A stretch of DNA of 64,000 nucleotides. Source: Harriotta raleighana (taxonomy: Eukaryota). Shown here in pieces: positions 1-12,590 of the stretch. Each line of letters opens with the position of its first letter. Within the stretch, counting starts at the first letter, position 1. Both the position numbers and the translations under genes were made by a program. The notes under the pieces were generated by a model. The model worked only from the letters and a program-made list of their open reading frames with translations. It ran no database searches and was not told the DNA's origin. The DNA lies in assembly GCA_050575255.1 (NCBI GenBank), contig JBNZDD010013684.1, positions 4,623,055 to 4,687,054 of the forward strand. Reading direction: 5' to 3'.

Positions 1-446
1 TGGGATCCACATTGGAAGCCGGATGCAGCATGAGTCTACTGAAGGCTAAGGAAATAGCACTTGAAGAGTTTGTAGGCAGGAGGAAGACATACTAATCTCT
101 CATTTCAATTTGATTCTGAACACTGATCCCATTTCTGCTCAGAGAAGCCTCTCTGCATTTCTTGATCCTGTTTTTCGTTTTTGCCTAACTTTCGACGCAA
201 AGAGAAACATTGGAATGTGAGATATGAAAGGAAATATTTATTTTATTTGTCAAAACCTATTTCTAGAGGATATCCCAGTTAATCTTAAAAGCTTATTTAC
301 AATCTAGCTTCCTGCCTCATGGTGAGTAACAATCACAGCGTGGGGTTCAGTGCAGGAAATGATTCTCAATTCAGCACCAATGACAGTCCGTGACATCCGC
401 CCTTTTGTCCTTTTGTCATTTACAGTTAAATTGATACTGTTTTACA

Positions 447-660
447 AGTTTCCTTACTCCCTCAAGAAAACAAAACTATAATAAACTGGTCACTTCCATC
501 CAAGACTGTTTGTGGGACACGGCTGTGCGCAATTGGCTGTCACGTTTCGCCCACTATACAGTCAGTTCACTTTACAGTATACGCTTTGAAACGCTTTGAC
601 GCGTCAAGAAGATTTGAAAACCACTATAGCCAATATAAGGATTATTCTCATTTATTATTA
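447..660 (+). mobile_element. 5'-truncated tRNA-derived SINE (dominant family)
   Basis: Family body gactgtttgtgggacac..gctgtgcgcaattggctg..cagtcagttcactttacag plus (ATT)n tail. Confidence 0.85.
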
Positions 661-1261
661 CTGTGCTTCAAACGAGGTGGTGATTACTTTGTCCATTAAG
701 CCTATAGTCACTGCACTTTACAGTGTATCCTGTGAAGTGTTATGAGACGTCTTGAAGACATGATAAGGCACTATATCAAATTCAAGGATGATGATTATTA
801 TTATAAAATGTAAGCAGCTGCACTGACCATATCAATTGCTTAGGCAGTGAAGGTTTGTTCTCTTGTGGTGGTTCAGATCCATAAAATCCCAGGCTGTTCT
901 TTAACAAGGGCCAAAGGGTGGTTTCCCTTCATAAGTGTGTAGTCGGCCAGTTTGCTCCATATGTGTTCGACAATTCCAGGGTTTTAAAATGGCTCACTTC
1001 CGGTCACTATTGACTTTGTATCCAGTTTCAGTTCAGTACTTAATTCCGCTCTCAATCATCTTGATCCAGATCAGCCGATTCCGACCTGTCCATCTTCATC
1101 TTGATGGTTGAGTTAACCAGAAGGAATGGGTTAATGAAATTCCAAATTATCATAATATGTGTGTCAGGGCTAAAATGTACATTTATATAATGCCATTCAC
1201 GTCAAAGGAACATCTCAAAGCGATTAGTATTAACTTAAAAAAAGGCATTTGTGTTGCTTTT

Positions 1262-2260
1262 GTAATTCAACAACGACAATTTGCATTTCTATATGGAGTC
1301 TTCCTGCGAGGTAGCGTCTTGGAGCGCTTAACAATGGTGAAGATTCACGTCATACTGGAGAGAGAGGAGGTCACCCTAGACAATAGCAAAGAAGAAGGAC
1401 TTCAGAAATGATCTCTGAAGACAGGCAAAGAAGGTGGCAAGGTAGAGGAATTGAAGCAGAAACTTTTAGAGTTTTAGGGTGCAGTGGCTTAAAGCATAAT
1501 GACAAATTGCAATTATATATCGTCTTTCACGTTGGAAGGACATTCCAAAGCACTGGATTGTGAGGAGTTTGTACTTGAGCTGACCATGGATGATGGGAGC
1601 AGAGTGGATAAGAGATGTGTAGAAGAACAAAACTAACCAGACAAAGGGGAGGTGGGTGGTGGAGCAGGGTGCAAGAAGGTCAGATAGGTAGGGAGATGCC
1701 AGGGTTTGGATTTAGCGCTCTGAGACGCCGTCCGGAGAGGAGGGCGCTAAATAAATTGAAGTTGTTGTTGTTGTTGTTGGATTGATTTGTAATGTGGTGA
1801 TCTTGAAATCGATCTGGAATAGGGAGACTATATAAAGAGCCTGGCAAAGATTGGGGTGATGGAGATGCAGAGCCTGATACATGCAGGATTATGAGTTTTG
1901 GATCAGTTGGATTTTTGAACTGGTGGAACTACGGAAATCGGTACGGTGGGCTTTGGAAAAATCGAGCGGGTGTTGACGAAAGCATGCATAAGGATCTCAG
2001 CTATGTTGCTTTCACATAATATGTTGGGCATGAGATATGATTGGAGGCGGGTGATGTAGTAGAGTGGGAGGAAAGCGGTCCGGGCTAGGGACTGGATGTG
2101 GGCGAGGAAAGCAGATGGGGATCGAGCCTGATGCCAACAATGTGTACAGGCTCAGTGAGGCTGAGTGACAGGCCAGGGAGGTCAAGGAGTTCAGAGCTGT
2201 GGTGAGAAGGCATTGACGGGAGCCAAGAAGGACGGCTTCTATATTGTCAACATTCAAGAA
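1262..2260 (-). mobile_element. Degraded L2 LINE fragments (two 3' ends plus ORF2 C-terminal region)
   Basis: Reverse-oriented L2 3' ends (caacgacaatttgcattt.., acaaattgcaattatatatcgtctttcacgttggaaggacattcc) and purine-rich L2 body. A + strand L2-type tail ending (TTG)n is embedded at about 1712-1780. Confidence 0.65.
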
Positions 2261-2329
2261 GTGGTGTCTAGAGACGTCTAGAAGGCATGAAAGCGCTATA
2301 TCAAATGCAAGGATTATTTATTATTACTT

Positions 2330-2500
2330 ACTCAGCTACAGAAAGTTGGCCTTGATGTCTGACAAGCAACAGGACAGAACATCAGTCTATCCAGGGTCAT
2401 GGGTGGAGAAGGAGATGTAGATTTGGGTGTCATGTACATAAATGTGAAGTTGACCCCATGCCTGTGTGTGGAGTTGAGAAATGGAAGCATGTAAATGACA
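2330..2500 (-). mobile_element. L2 LINE reverse-transcriptase fragment
   Basis: The minus strand reads ..HIYVHDTQIYIS.., a decayed form of the L2 H.YADDTQLY.S motif. Confidence 0.7.
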
Positions 2501-2619
2501 AAAAGCATAATTGGCACAATAATAAAATCTTTTGCAGATGTAGGACATTATGCATGTTGTATACTGTATACTGCACTGCTTAGGTGTCTTCAAAGATAGA
2601 CGCTGTCACAATCCGAATA

Positions 2620-3350
2620 GAATACAAAGTTATATTTGTATAGCGTTTTTCATGTCATGAACTTTCAGGGATTAGGACCCAAGCTGGAGGGAGAGGTTCA
2701 GAGTGGGTAGGCGGGTGGCCGAATGCATGGTGTGCCTTGAAGGAGGCAAAGGAGTTCCAAAAGTGGCAGAGAGGCTGAATGTCCAAATGCTGATGGTGGG
2801 GTGGGCTGGGCTGGGGACATGGAGCAGGTCAGATCCTGCTGAGCAGAGCAGCGGACGGTTGATAAATGGTTAGCAGGTAGGAGGGGGCAAGGTGAGGTAG
2901 AATCTTGAAGGTTAGAACAAGTATTTTGAACTTGATCCTCTGAGGGATAGGGAGTCAGTGAGACGGGCGAGGTTGGGTATGAAATGAAACGAAACAAGCT
3001 CAGAAAGAAAGTGTTGGAGAAATCCCTTGCCAGAGGGGTATAGGCTTATATCATCTTTAGTATCTGACTCTCCTGCAGTCCTGGAGAGGAGGTCAGTGGA
3101 TGAGACACTCTGTCAATGTGTAATGAAATATCCCCAGAGAGAGAAAAAAGAAAAGAGTCCAGCCCTGTGATATTGCCCTGATTTTTGTCCAAATCACAGT
3201 AGTGCTGATGGGAGCTCTGGAGAGCTTGACGTTGCTGATAGATCTGAGGTTTTAATAAAAGGAAGAAGGCCAGAGACAAGATGCTGGTGACAAGCTAGGA
3301 GAGGAGGACAGAGCTCCTTCATTTGTGTATTAAAGGTCCAGTGTTCAATG
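2620..3350 (-). mobile_element. Degraded L2 LINE fragment(s)
   Basis: L2-type 3' end (tatatttgtatagcgtttttcatgtc) followed by the ggggacatggagcagg / ttgaacttgatcctctgagggataggga motifs shared with other L2 copies in the window. Confidence 0.6.
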
Positions 3351-4262
3351 TGAAGTTTATGAAGTATAATTGTTTATGAAGCATATTTGTTTATGACAAG
3401 TGAAAAGTGCAATAACATGACCTGGAGATGTCACACTCTCAGTACTTGTTCATTGCTCCCCTTGATAATAGTCCTATGAGCATGGTTGTTGATGCCTCGG
3501 AAGCAATACTCTTGAGAGCTTTCGCTGAGAGCTTTTGCTGTTCAGGGACACGCTCTGGGACACTATTTATATAGCGTGAAACGCGCTAGTTGTTGTTTAG
3601 AAAAGTGAGTGTCCCTAGAATCACTCCCTCTTGTGTGCGATCAGAGAGAAATTCAGATTGATTTTTCTGTATTCACATTAGGTTCTGAAACGTGAATTGC
3701 AACAGCGTCAGTCGCTAACGGTACAATACCATTGATGCATCACACATAAATGTATGTGTATTTGACACCACATTTGGTGCAAATGTACAGACTGAGTGAA
3801 TTTCAGGTACTGTAATGATGCAATGAACAAACCAATCATTTTAATTTGGTGATTTTAGAATCAACATTGTTTATAATTGAAGGAAAATACACACGTATTT
3901 ACAAATCCTGTTTAATAATCCCCAGTGATGGTTATTCATTGCTCACTTGCGGTCGAGACCTGCTGAGGGTATTTTGGACCTTGTGTTAATGAAATGCATG
4001 ACACATCATAATCCCCAGTGTTAAAGGTACATTGTACAAGTTGGGTATAGGCCTTTCTATTAGGTAACCATGGGGGAAGACGAGAGATTTCATCAGATCA
4101 GTACAGCCTTTCATCAGATGAGTATTGTACCACAAATTGCCTACACAAACAGTCAATCCTATGGAGCACTTTGAAATGTTTCAAGGACGTGATAAGACCA
4201 TCCAGTGCTGTGGGATATCCTGAGATGAAAGCTGCTGTACAAATGTAATTTGTCCTGTAGCT

Positions 4263-4650
4263 GGAGTCCTGTTCCTCAGTGGTTCGAGCACTCACCTCGC
4301 AAACTTGTGGACCTGAGTTCAATTCCCGGGTTGGGTGAAATGTTAGGCAAATTTCCTTCCTCCCCACATCTCTGTTTATCTAGCACTGTAGTAAGTACAA
4401 ATAACCCAGTAATAAGTAGAACCCGATTGTTAGTCAATTGGCGGATCACTTTTCCGTGTAGTAATAATCCCTTCAAAAACCTCAATCCATAATTATCCAT
4501 GGGACACTGCTGTGTGCAATTGGTAGTTGGCGTTTCACCCACAAAATATACAGTCAATCGACTTTATGCTATATTCTGTGAAGCGCTTTGAGACTTCTCG
4601 AAGACGTGGTAAATCGCTATATCAAATGCAAAGGACTATTATTATAATTT
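4263..4650 (+). mobile_element. Full-length tRNA-derived SINE, long subfamily
   Basis: tRNA-like head with A box (ctcagtggtt) and B box (gagttcaattccc), internal tgtttatctagca..ttagtcaattggcggat segment, Deu-like 3' body and (ATT)n tail. Confidence 0.88.
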
Positions 4651-5769
4651 ATTGTTGTAACATGCAAGGATTATAAAATGTTGCTGTTTCATGCTGATGG
4701 GTGTAGGCCAATTTATAGGATTCATTTTATCTGTGATTGATCGACTCAGGAAATATGCTGCATTTCAAGCAGGAAAACACAACTTGGAGATTGATCTAAG
4801 TAGGAAATTGCTTTGGTAATTGTGTACAAAAGCAGATTCAATTGTGCAAACAAATGTTTAGAAACTAACTTGGTAGCTGGGGAACAATATCCAGAGTAAA
4901 ATGTTCTGTTTCCCACATCCACGAGGGGCATGAAACTTGGAAGAGTACTACTTAGAGAAGGGAAAAACAAATCGGCTTTAGTACGAGACTGAAATGTTTT
5001 TTTCTAAGAACAAATTGAAGTCTGCTCTCCTCAGTAAGCTTGGCTTGCTGTACTCTGATTTAATCTGATCTCTGGTCTGGAGGCTCGAAGCCAGATAATC
5101 GACTTGCTCCCAAAACTCAAGGTTACTTGAGGCTCTTGTTTTAACAGTGTCGATTTTAATTGCTGCCAGCCTTAGATGTTGATAGCTTTGAGATCCTGGG
5201 AAAACTTGATCTACAACTAAAAATGAGTGATTACTGCATTGACTATCTGAACACAGGGAAATATTTCTGTCATTACTTGGCAGGAATCCCAATTTGGGGG
5301 TGGTGGGGGTGGGGTGAGAGAGGTTCATGCCAGAGAATCATAGCAACAAATTGCCCATTTCAGGGCTGGAATGCAAGTCTCCTAAACATGCCACAATGAT
5401 TGTTGAAATATCGGAACGGTTCCCAAAACTGATTTTTAACTGTAAGCGTTTGAAGAAAGGCACAATATGCTGGGGGTATTTTTTAAGTGGAGACAGGAGA
5501 ATATTTATTGAGTGTAGTGTGGAATTTCCTTGCCTCTGTTTAAATGTTCACTGTATCTAATCTGTATGTCAATACTGAGCACCTGATATTTTTCAGCCTG
5601 AAGCATTGCTCTATAACAGTGAACAGAGTTTGTTCTAGCCTTTTCTTTGTGAGCTTGGATATTGAAAGCTAGCCAAATGTCTAATTTCTCTCTTTATTTT
5701 GTTCTCTTGGCCCAAAGGTGTAAACTATTGCTGTGGTTCTGTGGATGCTGGTCATTTTTGAAGTGGTCA

Positions 5770-6090
5770 ATCTTCTGTTTTGGAACCCAGCCATGAATAT
5801 TGCTGATCTATTTGACCCTGTGGGAAGCTGATAACACAGCAAAGCCAGACCTGCACATAAGCTTGTGGATAGAAATCAGAAGCAGGAATGCTTGCTAGCT
5901 TGTTTTCCTTTCCTAGCTCAGGGCCACAGAGGCCTATGATAGTGGCCTCTTTCTCCTCCTTGCCTCTCATCCCCCATACACACCTTAGTTGAGATCAACT
6001 AACTTAACACAGTCATGGATCTATGACTTTTCTGTTCTTCAAGGCTCGGTATTGAACTCATCATATAGTGCAATTGGCTATTGAACCACC
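5770..6090 (-). mobile_element. Old dispersed SINE-like repeat (second family)
   Basis: Shares ttagctgatctcagc / cctgctcctgat / tcaaatag motifs with copies at about 14200, 18330, 28480, 51180 and 58260. Confidence 0.6.
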
Positions 6091-6264
6091 ACTCCTTTCT
6101 CTCTGGCTTGCCAACAATCTCCGCCATTGAAAGTGCCGTGAGACACTAAGGCACGTGAAGGGCGCTCTATAAATGCAAGCAGTTGTTGTGGAACCATGGG
6201 GGGACTTTTTATATGGAGTGGAACCTTTTTTATAATGTTTCATCATAACATATGGTTTGTTTAC

Positions 6265-6605
6265 ATAGTAATAATCCTTTTATATAGCTACCATCGTGTG
6301 GTTGAAACATCTCAAAGTACTTCACAGGATCTCCTGTAAAGTAACTATTTGTAGGTGAACACGGCAGTTAATTTGCACACATCAATGTCCCACAGACAGC
6401 GATTATGTGAATGATCAGTCTTGTCTTGAGTGATTATTAGCTAAGGAAGCTACTATGAGAAACTCCATTCTCATTTTTGAGAGTGCCACGGATTTTTGTC
6501 ACCTGACAAAGCAAACAAGAGCTTGTTTTCAAGTCTGATCTGAAGGATGGCACCTCTGACAATGCAAGACATCCATAGCACTGCATTATAGTGTTAGCCT
6601 GGTCC
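6265..6605 (-). mobile_element. Old DeuSINE (SacSINE1-like) copy
   Basis: The reverse complement contains the Deu-domain motif gcattgtcagaggtgccatccttcagatcagac and the family tail. Confidence 0.7.
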
Positions 6606-7419
6606 AACTGGCTGGATGGAGCCACTCCGCCCCTCTACATTTCATTTGGGCCACGCGCTCCCTCCACAACCCGTAAATGTTAAGATTCTGGAAAGGAAAC
6701 ACTTATAAATGTTGCTTACGCAGTCTGCAGACGATTCTCAAAACAGATGCAATATGCAGCCTCACAGAGTAGCTCAGATGCCTTAGCTGAAGACCCACAT
6801 CAGATGAGTGGAAGACTATTCAGATTCAAGCGATTCCAACATTATTGCATTTTGCCCACAAAATATCCAATCAATTAACTTTACAGTATATTCTGTGAAG
6901 CGCTTTGAAATGTCTCATAAAGACCTGATAAGGTACTATTTCAAATGCAAGGATTATTATTATTATTATTGACCAAATAGAAGGATAGCAAAATGGAACT
7001 TTTTATGTTCTGGTGCAGAAAACTCAACTCTTCGTTGGGAAGCGTACTTCTTGTTTTTACTTGACTTTCCATCGAAATTTTCTGTTTTTTAATAGATGGT
7101 TTACTTGGAAATTAACCCATTGCTACTGAGCTAAATGAAGATGATCTGGCTAGCTACCAGCTGGAAAATAACTCACTTTTAATCAGTCTTTTGTCAACAA
7201 AAGGTATAAATTTAAACCTGAAATCCACAGTCTCAAAATAAAACCATAGAAATGGTATAGAATGATGGATTTAAGGGAAGAAGTTCATATTGCTGTATTC
7301 TTAAAGGGGGTCTTTCAATATCTTGATCTGTATGGGCAGTTTATTCAGACATTGAAACAAAAGAGATTGAATTGCAGCTTCATATCGCTTTCAGGCAGTT
7401 ACTTGCTCAGTAACAAAAT

Positions 7420-8065
7420 CAAAATTACGTTTGTATGGCGTCTTTCAAGTAGGGAAGACATGACAAAGCACTGGACAGACAGTACTTTGGACCTGATCTG
7501 CAACAGGGATTAGGGAGGCTGGAGGCTGGGGGTTGGTTGGGGGGGGAGAGAGGCACGGGGAAATAGGTTGATTGAAAGCATGGTCGAACAGAAGAGCCTT
7601 GAGGTGGGTCTTGAAGAAGGCAAGAGATGAGGCGGAAGACGAGAAGTAGGCTGGAGCCCACTGAGCGAAGGGAACGGATAGGTTAGTATGGGATTAGGAG
7701 GTCACCAACATAGAAGGGAGCAAGGCCATGGAGGGATTTGAAGGTGAGGACCAGGATCTTGAACTGTACCTTCTATGATTTGAAGCCAATGGAGTCGGGG
7801 AGCATTGTGCGGGAGAAGGTACAGGCTGCAGAGTTCTGGGTGATCTGCAGCCTGTAGAGGGAGGAGTTGGGGAGGCTGATAAGCAAGGAGTTTGCATAGT
7901 GAAGCTTGGATATTATGAATGGATGGATGGATGAGAGTTTCAGGGGCCTGCAGTGTGAAGCAGTGGAGGAGGCAGACAGTATTGTGGAGGTGGGGGAGGG
8001 CAGAGCAGATCATGGCACAGATGTGGGCTAGAAAGGATGGTTGAGGGTCACAGATGGACAGAATG
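7420..8065 (-). mobile_element. L2 LINE 3' fragment
   Basis: 3' end acaaaatcaaaattacgtttgtatggcgtctttc. The minus strand encodes PETLIH..RLHWL..VQDPGP, resembling the L2 ORF2 C-terminus. Confidence 0.8.
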
Positions 8066-8465
8066 TCATTTGTCGTTTTGACCAGAGCTTTTTCCTATAA
8101 CTGTAAAGGATTGAAGCTTGTGAATGCCCGGAAATGTTGCGGGGGGAGTTGGCAACATTTCACAAAAGTGGCCCTGGAGAGAACGAGAGACGCTATAAAA
8201 TATTAACCAGTTTTGCCTGGATAAATTAGTAGTAGTCAGCAAAAATGTAATGAAGGTGAATCTAGAAGAGAGGCACAAGCAGGGCAAAAATGTAGCCAGC
8301 CTCCTGTTTTACTGGTTTCCTCAATTGAAGTAACAACTTGAGAGAAATTGGCTAATCACTTGTCATAATTATTAACCTCAAGTGTGAAATGCTGAGCAAC
8401 TCCATAACATTACTTTAACTTTATCACCGTGGACGATATAAAGCACATATACAGACTTTTTTTGT

Positions 8466-8778
8466 GGAGTCCTGTAGTTCAGTGGTTAAAGCATTCGCCT
8501 TACAAGAGTGAGACCTGTGTTTCAAATCCAGGCAGGTCATGGCGAAACCTTGGTCAAGTTTCCTTACTCTACACACTTAATAATAATCTGTCCAAAAACA
8601 CCTATAATAAATTGGTAATTTCAAAACACGACTGTTTGTGGGACACTGCTGTGCACAACTGGCTGCCGCGATTCGCCCACGAATATACAGTCAATTCACT
8701 TTACAGTCTATTCTGTGAAGCGCTTTGAGACATCTAGAAGACGTGAGAAGCCCTATATCAAAATGCAAGGATTATTAT
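8466..8778 (+). mobile_element. Full-length tRNA-derived SINE, short subfamily
   Basis: Head ggagtcctgtagttcagtggttaaagcattcgccttacaagagtgagacc, family body, stem-loop tail and ATT repeats. Confidence 0.9.
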
Positions 8779-9759
8779 CACCCACAGACAGTAATGAGTG
8801 GAAAATACATGTAAAATGTGAATGTTTTCTTTGAATGGTATCACAGATGACTTTCTGATAAGCATGTTTTGCAGTGTGGTGTCACAAGAGACCATGTGCA
8901 AACACAGCAACATAGCTCAGAAATTCTCAGACGTGACTGAAAATAGCAATGATGCTATTTTCGCCAATGTTCAGTCGGCTAAAATTACACGTAAGGGATT
9001 GGCATGTATATATTAAAAGCTGAGGAGGGAACCAACAATGTATGTACAATGCTTGGATAATATTCGAGCTTTGCTTTCTGTTTGGCGTCATCAGCCTTGG
9101 TTACTCCTAGGAATCCTTCAATTAATATACAGATGACGCTTTCAAAACCTTAAAGACTCCTCCTTATCTGGCCTCTTGAAAGCTACACAACATGTGCTTA
9201 TTATCTGTGCAGACAAAGTACTGGAATATGTTCTAAGATAGCATCTTAACAAACAATAGATACCCCAAGTTACAGCAAAACAAGACAAAGTGCAATGAGC
9301 CATAAGGAACTAGCCTCACAGCTCGGTGAAACAGTTGAGTTCATAAATAAATGAAAAATGTGACGGATTCAAAGAACCCTGAAGAACAAACTAATGTGAC
9401 TGCACATTTTTGATCAGATGAAAGAATCTCCAGAATATTGGGAGCTGAAATTTTTCTAGATTTATTTTCTCAAACCCAATTAACATCTTATATACCTCTG
9501 TGATTACCCTATTGAGACAACAATAAAAATCCTTTCATTTGTTATAGCACCTTATCATGTCTTCGAGGCTCCTCAAAGGACTTCACTGAATCTACTGTTG
9601 TGAATTGACTGTATATTTTGGTGGTGAAGAAATACCCTTCTTTAAGTCTGAAGAGTCCTATCTTGTGTGTCCATTCCTCCTACTTCATTCCCTATAGCAC
9701 CAGGGATCATTCTCATAGCTGTCCTCCACATGACCATGTCATGATAATACAAGTAAATA

Positions 9760-10688
9760 ATACATTAAACAAGTATTTTTCTACAGTCTTCACCATAGAA
9801 GACACTGGAAACATACCAAAAATAGAGGGGAACCAAGAAGTCAATTTTAGCGAGCAACTTAGGGAGATTAATATTAGTAATGAAATGGTTTTAGGTAAAT
9901 TGTCGGCTCTTAAAACCGATAAATCCCCTGGACCGGATGGCCTGGATCCTAGAGTTTTAAAGGAGATGGTTACTGAGATAGTGGATGGCTTGTCTATAAT
10001 CTTCCAAATTACTCTGGGTACTGGAAAAGTTCCCATTGATTGGGAGATCGCAAACATAACCACTATTTAAGAAGGGTGGAAGAGAAAATATGGGGAACTA
10101 TAGGTCAGTTAGTCTGATGCAGTGGTTGGGAAAATTCTTGAGTCCTTAATTAAAGACATTGTTATGGGATACCTGGAAAACCATAAAAAGATTACGCAGA
10201 GTCAACATGGCTTTACAAAAGGGAAGTCATTCTTGACTAATCTTTTTTAGTTTTTTGAGGATGTATCCAGCAGGTTGGATAGGAGGGAACCAGTAGATGT
10301 GGTATATTTAAATTTTACGAAGGCATTTGGTAAAGTGCCGCACAAAACGCCATTACTCAAGATTAAGGCCCACGGGATTAATGGGAACATATTAACATGG
10401 ATAGAAGAGTGGCTAATGGGTAGAAAACAGAGAGTAGGGATAAGCACGTCATTCTCGAATTGGCAGGATGTAACTAGTGGAGTGCCACAAGGATCAGTGC
10501 TTGGGCCTCAATTATTTCCTATTTACATCAATGATCTGGACGAGGACATTGAATGTAATGTGTCTAAATTTGAAGATGACACTAAACTAGGTAGGAGGGT
10601 GAGCTCTGAGGATGATGCAAAAAGTTTGCAACAAGATATAGTTAGGATAGGGGAGTGGGCAAGTAGATGGCAGATGGAATTTAATGTT
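9760..10688 (+). mobile_element. CR1-clade LINE ORF2 (reverse transcriptase) fragment, disrupted
   Basis: Motifs LNKYFSTVFT, KSPGPDGLDPRVLKE, DVVYLNFTKAFGKVPH, VTSGVPQGSVLGP, IYINDLD and KFEDDTKLG (catalytic FADD mutated). Frameshifted; truncated at the N gap at 10689. Confidence 0.93.
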
Positions 10689-10689
10689 N

Positions 10690-10905
10690 TACTAATTCGA
10701 CGGGAGGTAAAAAACGCAACTTTAAAAAGCAACGAGTTTAGCAACGGCCAGCACACACACACACAGACAGACACATACACATAGATACACAGACAGACAC
10801 ACACACACAGACAGACACAGACCCTCAAAGATATTCAGTCTGAACCATCATATAAATTCTGTTCACAAATCTCACCCCCCACCCTCCCACCCCTTTCCTC
10901 TCTCT

Positions 10906-10942
<37 letters not shown>

Positions 10943-11473
10943 AACCTGCCTACTATTTCTCTCTCTCACTCCATTATGCTTTCTCCTAACTCTCTCTCCC
11001 TTTCTCCATATCTCATTCCCCCCTCCTCTCTTTTTCTCTCCTTTCCCCATTAAATCATATATTTTACACGTTCNACTCTCTCTTTCTCCCTCTCTCTCTC
11101 CCTTTTCCCCTCTCTCATTCCCCCCCCACTCTCTCTTTCTCTGTCTCTCCATCCCCCCCCACTCCCTCTGTTTCCCTCCCCCGCTCGCTCCCTCCTTCTC
11201 TCTCTGGCTGCTACTTGCAGCAGTATTTATTATGTATACAGTACTTAACTTCCCAATGATAGGCAGAAGTTATCCGGCGACGCGTTAAATGTCGGGTCTA
11301 AACTCGAACGGAGTAAAAAAACGACTGCTTTTAAAAGGACCCAGAACGAGCTTAGACCCAACATTCAACGAGTCGCCGGATAACTTTCGGTTAGTCGGAT
11401 CGGGACTTTTTTTGAGATGGTAGTTGATCAGGTTTTCCGATTATTTGAGTCACGGATAAACGAGGTTTTACTG
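10690..11473 (+). mobile_element. Tigger/pogo-like non-autonomous DNA transposon (left end lost at gap)
   Basis: Ends in gtcacggataaacgaggttttactg|TA. The last ~100 bp match the reverse complement of 49778-49880 and the end of 50388-50920. Contains CA and CT microsatellites. Confidence 0.75.
10751..11205. repeat. (CA)n/(GACA)n and CT-rich microsatellite tracts
   Basis: Directly visible simple repeats. Confidence 0.9.
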
Positions 11474-11474
11474 T

Positions 11475-11855
11475 ATCTGATATAGCACTTTTCACAACTT
11501 TTAGGCATCTCAAAGCAATTCACAGAATATTTGTTGGTGAAATTGTGCACAGCCTTGGTGCCGCAAACAGTCATGGATTGAGTGACCAAAAGCACTTTGA
11601 GTGTCACAAAGCACTTCACAGAATAGACTGTAAACTTAATTGATTGTTATGTTTTGTGGGTGAAACGTGGCAGCTAATTGTGCAGTGCAGCACACACATA
11701 ATTGTGGATTGAATGACCAATTTATTATTTTTTAAAACAATATGTTTTAGAAGAGATTATTAACCCCAGAAAAGCAATCTGCCAATCGACTAATAACTGG
11801 TTTCCTACTTATTGCTAGGTGAACAGAGCGTGGTGTAAGGAAACTTGCTCAATGT
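11475..11855 (-). mobile_element. tRNA-derived SINE, long subfamily, head-truncated with partial internal duplication
   Basis: Reverse complement of the family tail, body and ctgccaatcgactaataactgg..tgctaggtgaacagag segment. Confidence 0.8.
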
Positions 11856-12590
11856 TTAGACTGCTACACGCAATATCCTGACACATGCACACATATAAGT
11901 CCAAACAGGCCAATGATTTATAAGGGAGCTTAGGGATGTCAGCAGTGACATTACATTAAATTTATATCCTAATAGGAGATACTGTGATCTTGAAATAGGA
12001 CCCTTGGAATTATCTGATTATGCTCAAGTTTTCGAAGTCAGGCTAAGCTGTTGCTGCTGTACTGTTTCCGTCATTTAGCAATGGATCCGTTTTTCAGTCT
12101 GCCTGACCCACGGAGAAAGGAACAATTTGGAGCAATTTATTGCAGTGTTTTAGTTGTCAGATTGCCAGATCTCACAGACTCTCTGTGAATTGTCTGTTTG
12201 CCAGAAAGAAAGAGGGGGTGGGTGTAAAAATAAAATAAAAATGTCAAGAATGTAGTGACCTTTGCCAAAGCACATGGATTAGGTGGATCCTGGCAGTGAC
12301 CTGACACTGCCGGCGTTGGCAGCTCTGCTGTAACTGTGGCTTCCAGTGGTGATGGGAGATCACAATACTATCACTTTTTACAACAACAACTTGCATTTAT
12401 ATACCCCACCTCCACCCCAGGCAGTGTCTAAGAACAATTCACAATGGCAGAGGCCGGAGCCAGGAGGAGAGAGAAAGTGACCGTAAACGCAGTCAAATAG
12501 ATAGGTCTTTAGGTTCCCAAGATGGGAAATGAGGGGGTGAATTTTTAAATTCGACGTTGGTTTGTTTTGTCCAAATTGATTCTGTAATGG

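Noticed and set aside
5686-5800. Acceptor-like tract followed by GTGT (R-C-K-L-L-L), superficially like the start of the missing ANKRD50 exon
   Set aside because: The translation diverges at once, hits a stop, and runs into an old SINE.
8429-8728. Recurrent similar small ORFs (..QWLEHSPYK.ETCVRIQAGRNLGQVSLLH..) at 8429, 12557, 16324
   Set aside because: These are translations of the same non-coding SINE consensus, not a peptide gene family.
9618-10784. Reverse transcriptase ORFs as a possible novel or domesticated RT system
   Set aside because: An ordinary CR1 ORF2 fragment with frameshifts and a mutated catalytic motif (FEDD); a dead retrotransposon copy.
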